Shown: positions 18,661 to 28,516 of the stretch, in pieces
How the letters are laid out: each line of letters opens with the position of its first letter
Numbering within the stretch: the first letter of the stretch is position 1
DNA from: Dehalococcoidia bacterium
GTDB lineage: Bacteria; Chloroflexota; Dehalococcoidia; Tepidiformales; Tepidiformaceae
Length of the DNA stretch: 41,214 bases
Direction of reading: 5' to 3'
NCBI GenBank assembly: GCA_022451885.1
Contig: JAKUNN010000029.1
Location: 1 to 41,214, forward strand
Made by a program: the position numbers and the translations under genes
Notes under the pieces: model-generated
What the model saw: the letters and a program-made list of their open reading frames with translations, nothing else
Told to the model about the DNA's origin: nothing
Databases searched by the model: none

Positions 18661-18716
18661 AGATACATTAAGTGTAACAGCACGGCCATCGGATTAGGTA
18701 TATCGGACAAAAACCT

Positions 18717-19211
18717 CTAGACCGAGTGACGCAGCGCGCGCGCAACCTGTCTCTCTTGATCACGTTCCTGTATCCTTCGACGCTTATCGTAATTTTTCAG
18801 CCCTTTTGCAATCCCCAATTCAATTTTGGCTCGCCCACGCCGTATGGAAAGAGATAAAGGTAGCAACGTTAATCGACGTTCTTCAAGAGCCTCGCGAATT
18901 TCAGAGATTTCTTTCTTGTGAAGCAACAATTTTCGTTCACGGCGAACATCATACGTTACATAATTAGCATTTTCATAAGCTGCTATATACGTGTCTACTA
19001 GCCAAATTTCACTACCACGCATCCTCGCATAAGATCCTATTAAATCGACCTTATGTTCACGTATTGATTTAATTTCTGAGCCAATTAAAACTAATCCAGC
19101 TTCATAACGCTTCAAAATCTCATAGTCCCGAAACGCGCGTCGATGACGAACGACAACACCCTCAGTCGCAATACTCTTACTAGAACTGGACTTCTTAACT
19201 TTACGCCCCAT
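18717..19211 (-). CDS. smpB: SsrA-binding protein
   Basis: 164 aa, with RKAFRDYE-like (HRRAFRDYEI), GSEIKSIR and LLLHKKEI motifs and a basic C-terminal tail. Adjacent to the tmRNA. Confidence 0.93.
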   Translation of the reverse strand: MGRKVKKSSSSKSIATEGVVVRHRRAFRDYEILKRYEAGLVLIGSEIKSIREHKVDLIGSYARMRGSEIWLVDTYIAAYENANYVTYDVRRERKLLLHKKEISEIREALEERRLTLLPLSLSIRRGRAKIELGIAKGLKNYDKRRRIQERDQERQVARALRHSV

Positions 19212-19252
19212 TGATATATTTTCTCACACAAGCAGAAAAATGTGCTTTAGAT

Positions 19253-20884
19253 CTAATTTATCGGAACTAAAATACCTTCTCTACTTTCATAATAGTTACC
19301 GTCTATTTCAACTAAATTACCATCAATCACAATACTCTCAACATCAATAATCTCAAACGGGATTTCAATAATCTTCCCATTTAAAACAAGGAAAATTTGT
19401 GTCTCAGTGAGCACAAGATCTGCTTCATTAAGCGCAACTATTGAACCAATCGTTGTAGGGCCAAGTGGAGTTGCCACGATTGGCATACCCCGTAAAAAAT
19501 CAATCGCAGCTAGTAATTGAACATCTCCGTATTTTTCATAGATTCCCAGAGTTAAAGGCACTTCAATATCTGGATCAACTCCAACACCTTCTATTTCCTC
19601 ACTGGAAGCCCTCAACCACCTCCCTACACTCAAATAGAGAGCACCACAACCTTGTGGGTTCTCACATGCTGTCAATTTTCGTGTCTGATTAATCGTTCCC
19701 TTTCCATAAGAACGCTCGCCAATAATTATTGCTCTACCATTATCAACTAACGCTGATGAAAAAACTTCTGCTCCACTAGCGCTCAAATTATCCTGTAAAA
19801 TTACGATAGGAATACCAGTGTATTCACCACCCTGTGTAGCTGAATAAATCTGATCACGTTGTCCTTTACGTCGTTCAATTAAAATAGTTCCGCTGTCTAA
19901 GAATTGATCAGTTACTTCCAATGTCGAAGTGACATAACCACCAGGATTCAAACGAACATCAACAATTAATCCGACATATCCGTTTTGGACTTCCAAGTCA
20001 CCAAGAACCTCAAAGATTTCATTAAGCGTAGTGGGCGTGAATTGTTGTATATGGATATAAGCAATATCACTCACAATGTTTTGATCCCGATCTACAAGGT
20101 TCACCCCAGAGCTATCTCTAAACACTTCATATAATGGAACCCTAGAAACACTAGGAACTTGTATGCCACCTCTGATAACCACGATTTTTTCTGTACGGGG
20201 TTCAGTTCCGTCTGTGTGGACTACGGTTAAAACAACTTCCGTACCACTTTCACCTCTTATCGCACTTACAGCTTTTGCGATTGACCAACCTTCTGTAGGA
20301 ACTCCGTCAACTTCAATGATTAAGTCTCCTGCTCGTACACCCGCTCGTTCAGCTGGTGAATCACGAAAAGGAACACCTATTTGAATAACACCTGCATCAT
20401 TGCCTCCAACAGTAGCCCCGATGCCTTCATAAAAACCTATGTCTAGGTTTCCTAATTCAACTTCATCCTGCGTTACATAATCTGTATGGGGATCATTTAA
20501 AGAAGCTAAGATACCTTCGATAGCCGCATCTCGCAATAACTCAGCGTCGATAAAATCAGCATCAACAAAATCGGAGGATAAAATATTAATTATCTCTGCA
20601 AGCAGATCAACACTTAATGAATCTAAATTCCCAACACTACTTGCATCCTCAACAGGTTCAGGCTCTTTGTTTGTACCTTCAACAGTACTCGAATCGCTTA
20701 AGGCACTCTGTACTGTTACAGTTTGTTTTTCAATCGTTAACTCACGAGTAAGTAAGCCAAAACCAAAGGATAGTAGAACTAGAGATACGATACTCAACAT
20801 TAAAGCTGCAAGTCTCGTTTTTTTATGTTCAAAAAAAGATATCAGCCTAGAACTCGACGTACTTGTGCTTGGCTCTCCACTCAT
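19253..20884 (-). CDS. Membrane-anchored carboxy-terminal processing peptidase (family S41) with a PDZ domain and a C-terminal extension
   Basis: N-terminal hydrophobic helix (LAALMLSIVSLVLLSFGFGLL). PDZ segment (GVRAGDLIIEVDG). S41 catalytic-region motifs (LQDNLSASGAEVFSSAL, GERSYGKGT). Confidence 0.85.
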   Translation of the reverse strand: MSGEPSTSTSSSRLISFFEHKKTRLAALMLSIVSLVLLSFGFGLLTRELTIEKQTVTVQSALSDSSTVEGTNKEPEPVEDASSVGNLDSLSVDLLAEIINILSSDFVDADFIDAELLRDAAIEGILASLNDPHTDYVTQDEVELGNLDIGFYEGIGATVGGNDAGVIQIGVPFRDSPAERAGVRAGDLIIEVDGVPTEGWSIAKAVSAIRGESGTEVVLTVVHTDGTEPRTEKIVVIRGGIQVPSVSRVPLYEVFRDSSGVNLVDRDQNIVSDIAYIHIQQFTPTTLNEIFEVLGDLEVQNGYVGLIVDVRLNPGGYVTSTLEVTDQFLDSGTILIERRKGQRDQIYSATQGGEYTGIPIVILQDNLSASGAEVFSSALVDNGRAIIIGERSYGKGTINQTRKLTACENPQGCGALYLSVGRWLRASSEEIEGVGVDPDIEVPLTLGIYEKYGDVQLLAAIDFLRGMPIVATPLGPTTIGSIVALNEADLVLTETQIFLVLNGKIIEIPFEIIDVESIVIDGNLVEIDGNYYESREGILVPIN

Positions 20885-20887
20885 GCT

Positions 20888-22036
20888 CTAAGCATAACAA
20901 GCAAACCTTCCAGCAGCGATTCTTTCAAACGGCGAAAACTTTTTTGGGGTCCAAGAGAAGATACTGTCTTCAGGTGTCCCAAAAAATGCTGGTGCTGGCC
21001 CTTCGGTATGCAAGCGACCACTAACTAAAAGGTTTCCACTATCAGGTGACCACAGACGATGGGAAAGCTCATATTGATCGAAAAACGCAAACATTGTTTG
21101 CATTTCAGTTGATGGTGTAAACGGTTCCGTAGCCCCAAGAAAAGTGCCATTACTATCAACAACACTAACCGCATAACGTGCAGAGCCTGAAGGGGCCGGT
21201 CTTATTACTGCAAGCTTTTCACCATTGGGAGACCAAAAGAAACTTGAGACCGGACCATTCACCCATTGTTTAGGCTCACTCTCCCCTTTTTCCAAATTCA
21301 AGCTCCAAATACTGTCAAATACACCTGTCTCTGGATCACGTGTTCTAGCAAAATTAAGTTCTCCCGTTCCTGGTCTAAAAGAGAAAGCTACACCTCCCTC
21401 TATTTCATACAGTGTCTCAGCTTTTGAATTCTCTTGATCCCACATACGAATTGCTACACTTTCAGCTTGACTATCCAGTGGCTCAGCAAATATCAGCTCA
21501 CCTTTTGGGGTCCAAGCTGCAACTCGAAAACCTCTAGCATCTGCAGAAACAGGAATTGATGCTCGCCCATCCCGTAATTCTAAAACTGAGAGGTTGAGTC
21601 CAGAATGTACTGCAAGTCGATCGCCATCTGGCGACCACGAGACAAATAATGGAGCACCGCTCAAAATGGGATCACCAATAACCAACCCATCTATTTCGGT
21701 AATGTAAAGCGTTAACCCGGCTTTTCCTGGTGCTATAGTGGCAAGGAAATCACCTGTTGGCGCTGGCAAACAAAAATGTGGTACCTCAGGTGCAATAACC
21801 GGTTGCACATCAGTCGATGTCTGAAACAAATTTTTTGAATAGTTACCATCTGTATCAAACATCTCGACAGTACTAGTACCTGAATTGCTATTCACTAGGG
21901 AGAGAGATAAACCTGCTCCTGCGGGCATCCAAACTGGCCAATATGCTTCTTCTGCAATTAGAGTTTCATCAGCAACATCATTTTCTTCAAAAATTACAAT
22001 TTCACGTGATGACTTAACTAAAGCGATTTGCGGCAT
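20888..22036 (-). CDS. PD40/TolB-like beta-propeller repeat protein with no evident signal peptide
   Basis: Repeated WSPDG-type blades (VSWSPDGDRLAV, FFWSPNGEKLAV, RLWSPDSGNLLV, AAWTPKGELIF). Its stop codon is 3 nt from the S41 peptidase ATG. Confidence 0.65.
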   Translation of the reverse strand: MPQIALVKSSREIVIFEENDVADETLIAEEAYWPVWMPAGAGLSLSLVNSNSGTSTVEMFDTDGNYSKNLFQTSTDVQPVIAPEVPHFCLPAPTGDFLATIAPGKAGLTLYITEIDGLVIGDPILSGAPLFVSWSPDGDRLAVHSGLNLSVLELRDGRASIPVSADARGFRVAAWTPKGELIFAEPLDSQAESVAIRMWDQENSKAETLYEIEGGVAFSFRPGTGELNFARTRDPETGVFDSIWSLNLEKGESEPKQWVNGPVSSFFWSPNGEKLAVIRPAPSGSARYAVSVVDSNGTFLGATEPFTPSTEMQTMFAFFDQYELSHRLWSPDSGNLLVSGRLHTEGPAPAFFGTPEDSIFSWTPKKFSPFERIAAGRFACYA

Positions 22037-22229
22037 CTACACACCTTATATCGAGCAATTGTATTACTCAAAACCTAATTATATTAACTTCGCACTATTA
22101 CTGTTATGTAGAGTTCGTGCTATTTTACCCTTTTTACTATACATAATATATTATTCCTGCCTAGATCTTCTCCTCTAACAGATACCTAACCTTTTGTAAC
22201 ATCATAATCATGCTTACTCAATATCAGAT

Positions 22230-22748
22230 TTAATTTTCCGGATATCTCCATGGAGTTCCCGGTTGCTCCGTGTTTTTATCTAATGTCCAAAATGGTAAAG
22301 CCAACCCATTAGAAACTTTATGAAAAACCATTCGTACTCGAGTGCCGATTCCGACTTTTCCGATCAGTTCAGGAGAAGCCAGCTCCCCATCTTCATCCAC
22401 TAAATTTCCGGCAACCCTTAAAGCCTCATGCTCTGTTGGTTTACCTTTTTGCACATCAAGATCGACAACCAAAATCATATATGGAACTTTCTCGCTTAAA
22501 CTTTTTTGAACTGCATGATGAACTTCCCCATATGAATGCACCTCACCTTGACCTTCGACTAATACCCATTCAAAGCTTCGGTTTGCACACCACGGGCAAG
22601 CAGTGCCTGGAGGATATCGAATAAAACCGCATTCACGGCATTTCTGTAAGCGGAATTCACCTTCCGAACAATACCCAAAATAAGTTAAATTTTCGGTATC
22701 CATATCTGTAATCGATAAGGACATTCCCAAATAATCCCCTGAAACCAT
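22230..22748 (-). CDS. DUF35-type zinc-ribbon/OB-fold protein (thiolase-partner family)
   Basis: Four-Cys ribbon CRECGFIRYPPGTACPWC followed by an OB-fold-length C-terminus. ATG 22748 is preceded by AGGAGG and lies 2 nt after the upstream gene's TGA. The longest ORF extends to 22799. Confidence 0.8.
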   Translation of the reverse strand: MVSGDYLGMSLSITDMDTENLTYFGYCSEGEFRLQKCRECGFIRYPPGTACPWCANRSFEWVLVEGQGEVHSYGEVHHAVQKSLSEKVPYMILVVDLDVQKGKPTEHEALRVAGNLVDEDGELASPELIGKVGIGTRVRMVFHKVSNGLALPFWTLDKNTEQPGTPWRYPEN

Positions 22749-22750
22749 AA

Positions 22751-24007
22751 TCAGCCCCTCCTCATCACTAGCGATGAGCCGGTTCCCGGCATAGCCCAAC
22801 CCAAATTCATTGAAATATTCACATCTTTTACTTGCCTACACTGTTGGTCAGTGTAATCACAAGTATGCAAACGCTGTTCGATACTACTACTCTGATCAAT
22901 TGGGCAATAATCATCTACATTCCCCCGCAATTGTCGGACGTTCTCAATAATCATATTCATTCCATGTGTATACCCTTCACATAGATGTCCACCACTAGTG
23001 TTATTCGGTCTTCGCCCCCCCAACCTCATAATTCCGCTAGAAACATAATCACCACCTTCTCCTTTTTGGCAAAACCCATAATCCTCTAGCTGCAGCATAG
23101 TAGTGAAAGTAAATGCATCATAAGCACCTGTAATATCCACGTCTTCTGGAGTAATCCCCGCATTAGGCCAAATAATTTCCTTAATGTAGTGCCCGGCAAC
23201 TGTCGAAATAGGACCGTGTTGAAAATGCATATCACTACGTGGCTTACAAACACGACCCGCCACAGCCAATATCCGTGCAGGAATTTGCCGAAGATCATGT
23301 GCCTTCTCAGCTCGAGTAACAATCAAAGCTGTAGCATTATCAGTTTCGACACAGCAATCTAATAAATGTAGAGGTTTGCAAATCATCCTACTGCTCAAAA
23401 CATCATCCACTGTGACAGGGGTTTTGTAATACGCCTTCGGATTACGGGAGGCGTGTTCACTATGAATAACTTTTACCATTGCAACTTGTTCAGGTGTAGT
23501 TCCATAGTCATACATATGACGCATGAAACTAGGACTAAAATTCTGACCTGCACTGAACCAACCATAAGGAACATTATGTAAAGAATCACCTTGCACTGGC
23601 TGGCTAGCCCTCGCACCAGTACCCCCTATACGAACCTGTGAAAAACCGTTCATAGATCTAAAAATGACAACTGTATTACACATACCTGCTTCAATTGCAC
23701 CCATAGCTAACCCGACAAGAGCCTCACTACTAGAACCACCGCCCATAACATCCATATAAAAATTTAATCGTATGCCTAAATCACCAGCAATGAGAGGTGA
23801 CGCCGTTGAATCATTTCCGGAGTAAGACATCATTCCATCAATCTCACCAGAACTAAGCCCGGCATCATCCATAGCATTCTTAATTGCCCAAGTAGCTAGT
23901 GCCCGAGTTGTCATTCCCGAACCACGTGTGTAGCTAGTTTCGCCTACCCCTACAATTGCATATTTATCTCTCAGGTATGCTGGTGGCATCGCTTCCGCAT
24001 CAGTCAT
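22751..24007 (-). CDS. Thiolase-fold protein of the SCP-x/Ltp (lipid-transfer protein) type
   Basis: YAIVGVGET N-terminus, NTSGGHLCEGYTHGMN and VRQLRG C-terminal thiolase-fold motifs, and translational coupling to DUF35. By-eye alignment puts Gly where the nucleophilic Cys is expected (VMGGGSSSEAL). Confidence 0.75.
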   Translation of the reverse strand: MTDAEAMPPAYLRDKYAIVGVGETSYTRGSGMTTRALATWAIKNAMDDAGLSSGEIDGMMSYSGNDSTASPLIAGDLGIRLNFYMDVMGGGSSSEALVGLAMGAIEAGMCNTVVIFRSMNGFSQVRIGGTGARASQPVQGDSLHNVPYGWFSAGQNFSPSFMRHMYDYGTTPEQVAMVKVIHSEHASRNPKAYYKTPVTVDDVLSSRMICKPLHLLDCCVETDNATALIVTRAEKAHDLRQIPARILAVAGRVCKPRSDMHFQHGPISTVAGHYIKEIIWPNAGITPEDVDITGAYDAFTFTTMLQLEDYGFCQKGEGGDYVSSGIMRLGGRRPNNTSGGHLCEGYTHGMNMIIENVRQLRGNVDDYCPIDQSSSIEQRLHTCDYTDQQCRQVKDVNISMNLGWAMPGTGSSLVMRRG

Positions 24008-24137
24008 ACCAGTTAGCCTAACAAAACAGAAATGAAAAAGGTTCTTTCTTTTTTATATTATGTTAAGTAAAAAATCTTGACCAAAGCTTAGGTTTAGCAT
24101 TACTGTGCTTTAAATCACCGCTTCATTCGGGGTACAT

Positions 24138-26042
24138 GTGACAAAAATTCTGGATTCAATAAATTCTCCGTCAGATCTGAAAAGAATTCAACAGTCAGAT
24201 CTCCCTGAACTCGCTACGGAAATCCGCAACGAACTTGTTTCAACTGTCGATAGTATCGGTGGGGGAGGACACCTTGCTTCGAACCTCGGCGTTGTTGAAC
24301 TAACACTTGCCCTACATCGTAAATTTGATAGTCCTACAGATAAAATTCTTTGGGATGTAAGCCATCAAGTTTATGTCCATAAAATGCTTACTGGCCGTAA
24401 AGATAAGATGAAAACAATACGCCAATATGAAGGACTTTCTGGATTCGCTGACAGAAATGAAAGTCCACATGATTTTTTTGGAGCTGGACATGCAGGAACA
24501 TCAATTTCTGCTGCTGCAGGCATGGCTGCTGCAAGAGATCTAAAAGGAGAAGACAATCACGTAATCGCCGTTATTGGTGATGGCGCCATGACCGCGGGAA
24601 TGGCATTCGAAGCCATGAATCATGCGGGGCATCTAGAGACTAGACTAATTGTTGTACTAAATGATAATGCCATGTCAATCTCACCTAACGTAGGAGCTTT
24701 AAGTCGAAACGTTAACAAAATCCGTATCGACCCACTCTACAGAAAAGCAAAAGAGGAAATTGGCAATGTAATAGAACACTTCCCTCTCGGGAAAGAATTC
24801 TGGGAAGGCGCAAAACGTGTGAAATCAAGCATGCTAGATCTAATCGTTCCTGCTAGTTTCTACGAACAATTTGGCTTTGATTATTACGGACCAATAGATG
24901 GCCACAACCTGGAAGAACTCGATAGTGTTTTAACAGCTATTAAGGAAGTTCGTGATCGACCAGTCTTATTGCATATTCTTACTGAGAAAGGACATGGTAT
25001 CCCTGAAGCTGCTGCTGACCCGGTACAAAGCCACAGTGGAACATTTTGGCTTAAGGAAGAAAAGCCAAAAGACGCCCCAAAACCAAAGCCTACCTATAGC
25101 AAGGTATTTGCTGAGGCTACACAGGAGCTAATCGAGCATGATGAACGTGTTGTTGCAATTACAGCGGCAATGTTGGAAGGGACTGGACTTACACCTGTCG
25201 CAGAAAAGCACCCCTCCAGAGTATTTGACGTTGGCATTGCCGAACAACATGCCATCACTTTTGCTGCAGGACTGGCTACACAAGGGTTAAAACCTATAGC
25301 AGCAATATATTCGACCTTCTTGCAACGAGGGTTTGATCAAATTGTACATGACGTAGTTGTCCAAAATCTTCCTGTTGTATTTGCATTAGATCGAGCAGGA
25401 TTTGTTGGAAGTGATGGAAAAACTCACCAAGGTTTTATTGACACTTCTTATTTAAGATGCTTACCGAATATGGTTGTCAGCGCACCCAAAGATGAAGCTG
25501 AATTGAGAGACCTGTTATACACAGGAATACAACATGACGGACCATTCTCATTACGTTATCCTCGTGGTTCAGGACCTGGTGCACCAACAAATTTACCAAT
25601 GAAATCAATTCCTATTGGCAAAGCTGAAGTACTACGCGAAGGCGATGACATATCCATTATTGGCTTTGGGACTTCCGTTATGCAGTGTTTACAAGCAGGA
25701 GAAATCCTAGCTGATCTAGGCATTGAGGCAACCATAGTCAATGGCCGTTTTGCAAAACCACTTGACGAAGAATTAATTTTACGCCTTGCTAAAGAAACAA
25801 AAGGGATAATCACCGCAGAAGAAAATGTATTGGCAGGAGGATTTGGTGAGGCAATTGTCACGCTTTTGGCAGAGCATGGTTTAGCCAATTCTGTTCTATG
25901 TAACCTAACTATGCCAGATAGCATCGTTGATCATGGTCCACAAAGCACATTCCAAAATGTGTACAATCTTGATGGCCAAGGAATTGCACGGAAATCTAAA
26001 GAAATATTGGAATCTATACACTTAAATAGTGTGTCCAAGTAG
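24138..26042 (+). CDS. dxs: 1-deoxy-D-xylulose-5-phosphate synthase
   Basis: ILDSINSPSDLK...LPELATEIR N-terminus, ThDP motif (GDGAMTAGMAFEAMNHAG ... LNDN), and transketolase-like pyrimidine and C-terminal domains. GTG start preceded by GGGG. Confidence 0.93.
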   Translation: MTKILDSINSPSDLKRIQQSDLPELATEIRNELVSTVDSIGGGGHLASNLGVVELTLALHRKFDSPTDKILWDVSHQVYVHKMLTGRKDKMKTIRQYEGLSGFADRNESPHDFFGAGHAGTSISAAAGMAAARDLKGEDNHVIAVIGDGAMTAGMAFEAMNHAGHLETRLIVVLNDNAMSISPNVGALSRNVNKIRIDPLYRKAKEEIGNVIEHFPLGKEFWEGAKRVKSSMLDLIVPASFYEQFGFDYYGPIDGHNLEELDSVLTAIKEVRDRPVLLHILTEKGHGIPEAAADPVQSHSGTFWLKEEKPKDAPKPKPTYSKVFAEATQELIEHDERVVAITAAMLEGTGLTPVAEKHPSRVFDVGIAEQHAITFAAGLATQGLKPIAAIYSTFLQRGFDQIVHDVVVQNLPVVFALDRAGFVGSDGKTHQGFIDTSYLRCLPNMVVSAPKDEAELRDLLYTGIQHDGPFSLRYPRGSGPGAPTNLPMKSIPIGKAEVLREGDDISIIGFGTSVMQCLQAGEILADLGIEATIVNGRFAKPLDEELILRLAKETKGIITAEENVLAGGFGEAIVTLLAEHGLANSVLCNLTMPDSIVDHGPQSTFQNVYNLDGQGIARKSKEILESIHLNSVSK

Positions 26043-26049
26043 AGTTCAT

Positions 26050-27072
26050 ATGGGCACTACACCTACACCTCCCCCACCAAATCTTACTAAGCATGCTAAG
26101 AAAATAGAGGACCATCTCGCAGCTAGCATAAATAATGACAATGCACTTGGTGCTGCATGCCGTTATGTAATGGGCTGGGAAGACGCGAATGGAAAAACAA
26201 CTGATCAAGGTGGAAAAAGGATAAGACCTGCACTCTGTTTATATGTCTCTGAATTATTTGGAGGATCTACTGCTAACGCCCTACCTGGTGCAATTTCACT
26301 CGAGTTAATCCATAATTTTTCACTCGTACACGATGAAATTCAAGACAGAGATCCAGAACGACATCACCGAAAAACAATTTGGCGATTAGTTGGTGAAGCT
26401 CAAGCAATTAATGTGGGTGATTACCTGTACGTCCTCGCACAAAAGGTTTTAATTGAATCAACAATTCCAGCGGAACAACGTATTTTGGCACTAGCCTCGC
26501 TAGCTAATGCTACTGGAGACATGATCAAAGGACAGTGGGCTGACCTTTCATTTGAAAACCGTGAGGATATTACAGTTGATGAATATTTGGAAATGATAGA
26601 ATTCAAAACTGGTGCCTTGATTGGAGCAGCAGTCGAATGTGGTGCACTGCTTGCAGGAATACCTAAATCGGAGGCTGATTTAGGCCGGGCTTGGGGACGT
26701 CGAATTGGCCTAGCATTTCAAGCACATGATGATATTCTCGGTATATGGGGTGATCCAAACACTACAGGTAAATCAAATGTGAATGACTTAGTAAGAAAGA
26801 AAAAATCACTGCCTGTACTAGAGGCAATGAAGCAAAGTGACACCTCAGCTAAAATCAAGTCTTTATATGCATCTGACAAGGAACCTAGTGGAGAAGAAAT
26901 TCTAGAAACCGTTAATTTAATGGAAAAAAGAAATATACGGGAAATCTGTGAGGAACATGCAGAACGGTTCATTAAGGAAGCAGAGGAAATTTTAGAAGTT
27001 TTACCTCTAGGGGTAGAGGAACGGGCCAGATTACGTCAAATCGCTAACTATTTGATCAAAAGGAACGCTTAA
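26050..27072 (+). CDS. Polyprenyl diphosphate synthase (trans-IPPS, GGPP/FPP synthase-like)
   Basis: First Asp-rich motif region LVHDEIQDRD, second Asp-rich motif FQAHDDILG, then GDPNTTGKSNVNDLVRKKKSLP. The start is uncertain: GTG 26029 overlaps dxs, and the alternative is ATG 26050. Confidence 0.8.
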   Translation: MGTTPTPPPPNLTKHAKKIEDHLAASINNDNALGAACRYVMGWEDANGKTTDQGGKRIRPALCLYVSELFGGSTANALPGAISLELIHNFSLVHDEIQDRDPERHHRKTIWRLVGEAQAINVGDYLYVLAQKVLIESTIPAEQRILALASLANATGDMIKGQWADLSFENREDITVDEYLEMIEFKTGALIGAAVECGALLAGIPKSEADLGRAWGRRIGLAFQAHDDILGIWGDPNTTGKSNVNDLVRKKKSLPVLEAMKQSDTSAKIKSLYASDKEPSGEEILETVNLMEKRNIREICEEHAERFIKEAEEILEVLPLGVEERARLRQIANYLIKRNA

Positions 27073-28516
27073 GAACTGGACGTGGCAAAACAGTCGTACT
27101 CATAAGCCATTTATCAATTCCATGGGCCGCTGCCCTGCCTTCAGCAATTGCCCAGACAATTAGTGATTGTCCCCGTGCCATATCACCCGCCGCGAAAACA
27201 CCTGGTACATTTGTCATCCTGTCATCGTCACAAATCACATTGCCACGCTCAGATAGGCCAACTCCTAATTGCTCTAACATTCCGCCGGGTTCCGGGCCCA
27301 AAAACCCAAGTGCCAACAGCACAAGATCAACGGGGTCCGAAAATTCACTTCCCTCAATCTCATTCATGATAGGGCGACCATCACTAGCTTGTTCCCAGTT
27401 CAAACGCACCCCTTCTAGTGCTGTTACTCGACCATTCTCACCACTAAAAGATTTTGTCAAAATACTGTAATCACGCTCGCCACCCTCCTCATGGGCTCCA
27501 GAAGTTCGATAAATGTTCGCCCAAGTTGGCCATGGGTTATCTAGGGAACGCTGATCTGGAGGCCTATCAAGTAGCTCGTACTGCCTAACACTTTTTGCCC
27601 CTTGACGATGAGCTGTACCTAAACAATCTGCACCGGTATCACCCCCACCAAGAATAATCACATTCTTGTCTTTCGCAGTAATCCCCTCATACACACCTTT
27701 ACCACCATTCTCATTCCAGCGATTTTGCATAGGCAAATATTCCATTGCCAAATAAACACCGTCTAACTCACGCCCAGGAATAGGAAGATCTCTAGATTGA
27801 GTTGCTCCACCAGCTAAACAAACAGCATCATATTCTTTCAGTAAATCCTTAGCATCAGTATCAATTCCAATGTGGAAATTTGTTTGGAAGACAACACCCT
27901 CTTGTTCCATTTGATTAAGTCTTCTATCCAAAAACTTTTTCTCCATTTTGAATTCAGGGATACCATATCTGAGTAAACCGCCTATCCGATCATCTCGTTC
28001 CATCACCGTAACTTGATGCCCAGCTCGACACAATTGTTGAGCTGCCGCAAGACCGGCTGGGCCGGAACCAACTACTGCCACCCTTTTATCTGTTAACTTG
28101 TTAGGCTTTTGTGGAGATATCCAGCCTTCATCCCAAGCATTTTCTATAATTGTTAACTCAATTTGCTTAATCGTTACCGAATCATCATTTATACCAAGCA
28201 CACAAGCTGACTCACAAGGGGCAGGGCATAAGCGTCCCGTGAATTCAGGAAAATTATTTGTCGCATGTAAACGATCAATTGCGTCTTCCCAAAAACCTTT
28301 GTAAACAAGATCATTCCAATCGGGAATAATATTTCCTAAAGGACAACCTTGATGACAAAAAGGAATCCCACAATCCATACAGCGAGCTGCCTGCTTATTA
28401 AGCTCAGAGGGTGGAAAATCTTCATATATCTCAATCCAATCGGTAACACGATTTTCTACCAAACGGCGTGAGGGAAGCTTTCGACCATATTCCATAAATC
28501 CAGTAGGTTTAGCCAT
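27056..28516 (-). CDS. gltD: Glutamate synthase (NADPH) small subunit
   Basis: [11 protein letters not shown]-terminus, Fe-S Cys clusters ([24 protein letters not shown]), and the dinucleotide motif [17 protein letters not shown] 28516 overlaps the gltB stop (ATGGCTAA). Confidence 0.93.
   Translation of the reverse strand: MAKPTGFMEYGRKLPSRRLVENRVTDWIEIYEDFPPSELNKQAARCMDCGIPFCHQGCPLGNIIPDWNDLVYKGFWEDAIDRLHATNNFPEFTGRLCPAPCESACVLGINDDSVTIKQIELTIIENAWDEGWISPQKPNKLTDKRVAVVGSGPAGLAAAQQLCRAGHQVTVMERDDRIGGLLRYGIPEFKMEKKFLDRRLNQMEQEGVVFQTNFHIGIDTDAKDLLKEYDAVCLAGGATQSRDLPIPGRELDGVYLAMEYLPMQNRWNENGGKGVYEGITAKDKNVIILGGGDTGADCLGTAHRQGAKSVRQYELLDRPPDQRSLDNPWPTWANIYRTSGAHEEGGERDYSILTKSFSGENGRVTALEGVRLNWEQASDGRPIMNEIEGSEFSDPVDLVLLALGFLGPEPGGMLEQLGVGLSERGNVICDDDRMTNVPGVFAAGDMARGQSLIVWAIAEGRAAAHGIDKWLMSTTVLPRPVLKRSF

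Noticed and set aside
18436-18720. 94-aa + strand ORF in the track
   Set aside because: It lies almost entirely antisense to the tmRNA gene (18302-18660). Its openness is explained by the GC-rich structured RNA, and it has no protein-like motifs.
18250-18720. Genomic island integrated at ssrA, and likewise at tRNA-Asn (39283-39450)
   Set aside because: There is no integrase and no direct repeat of the RNA 3' end. Ordinary genes (ispG; the LLM oxidoreductase) abut both RNA genes.
26320-26350. First Asp-rich motif of the polyprenyl synthase reads DEIQD rather than DDxxD
   Set aside because: This is a conservative Asp-to-Glu change in a motif family that tolerates it. The second motif (DDILG) and the rest of the fold signature are intact.
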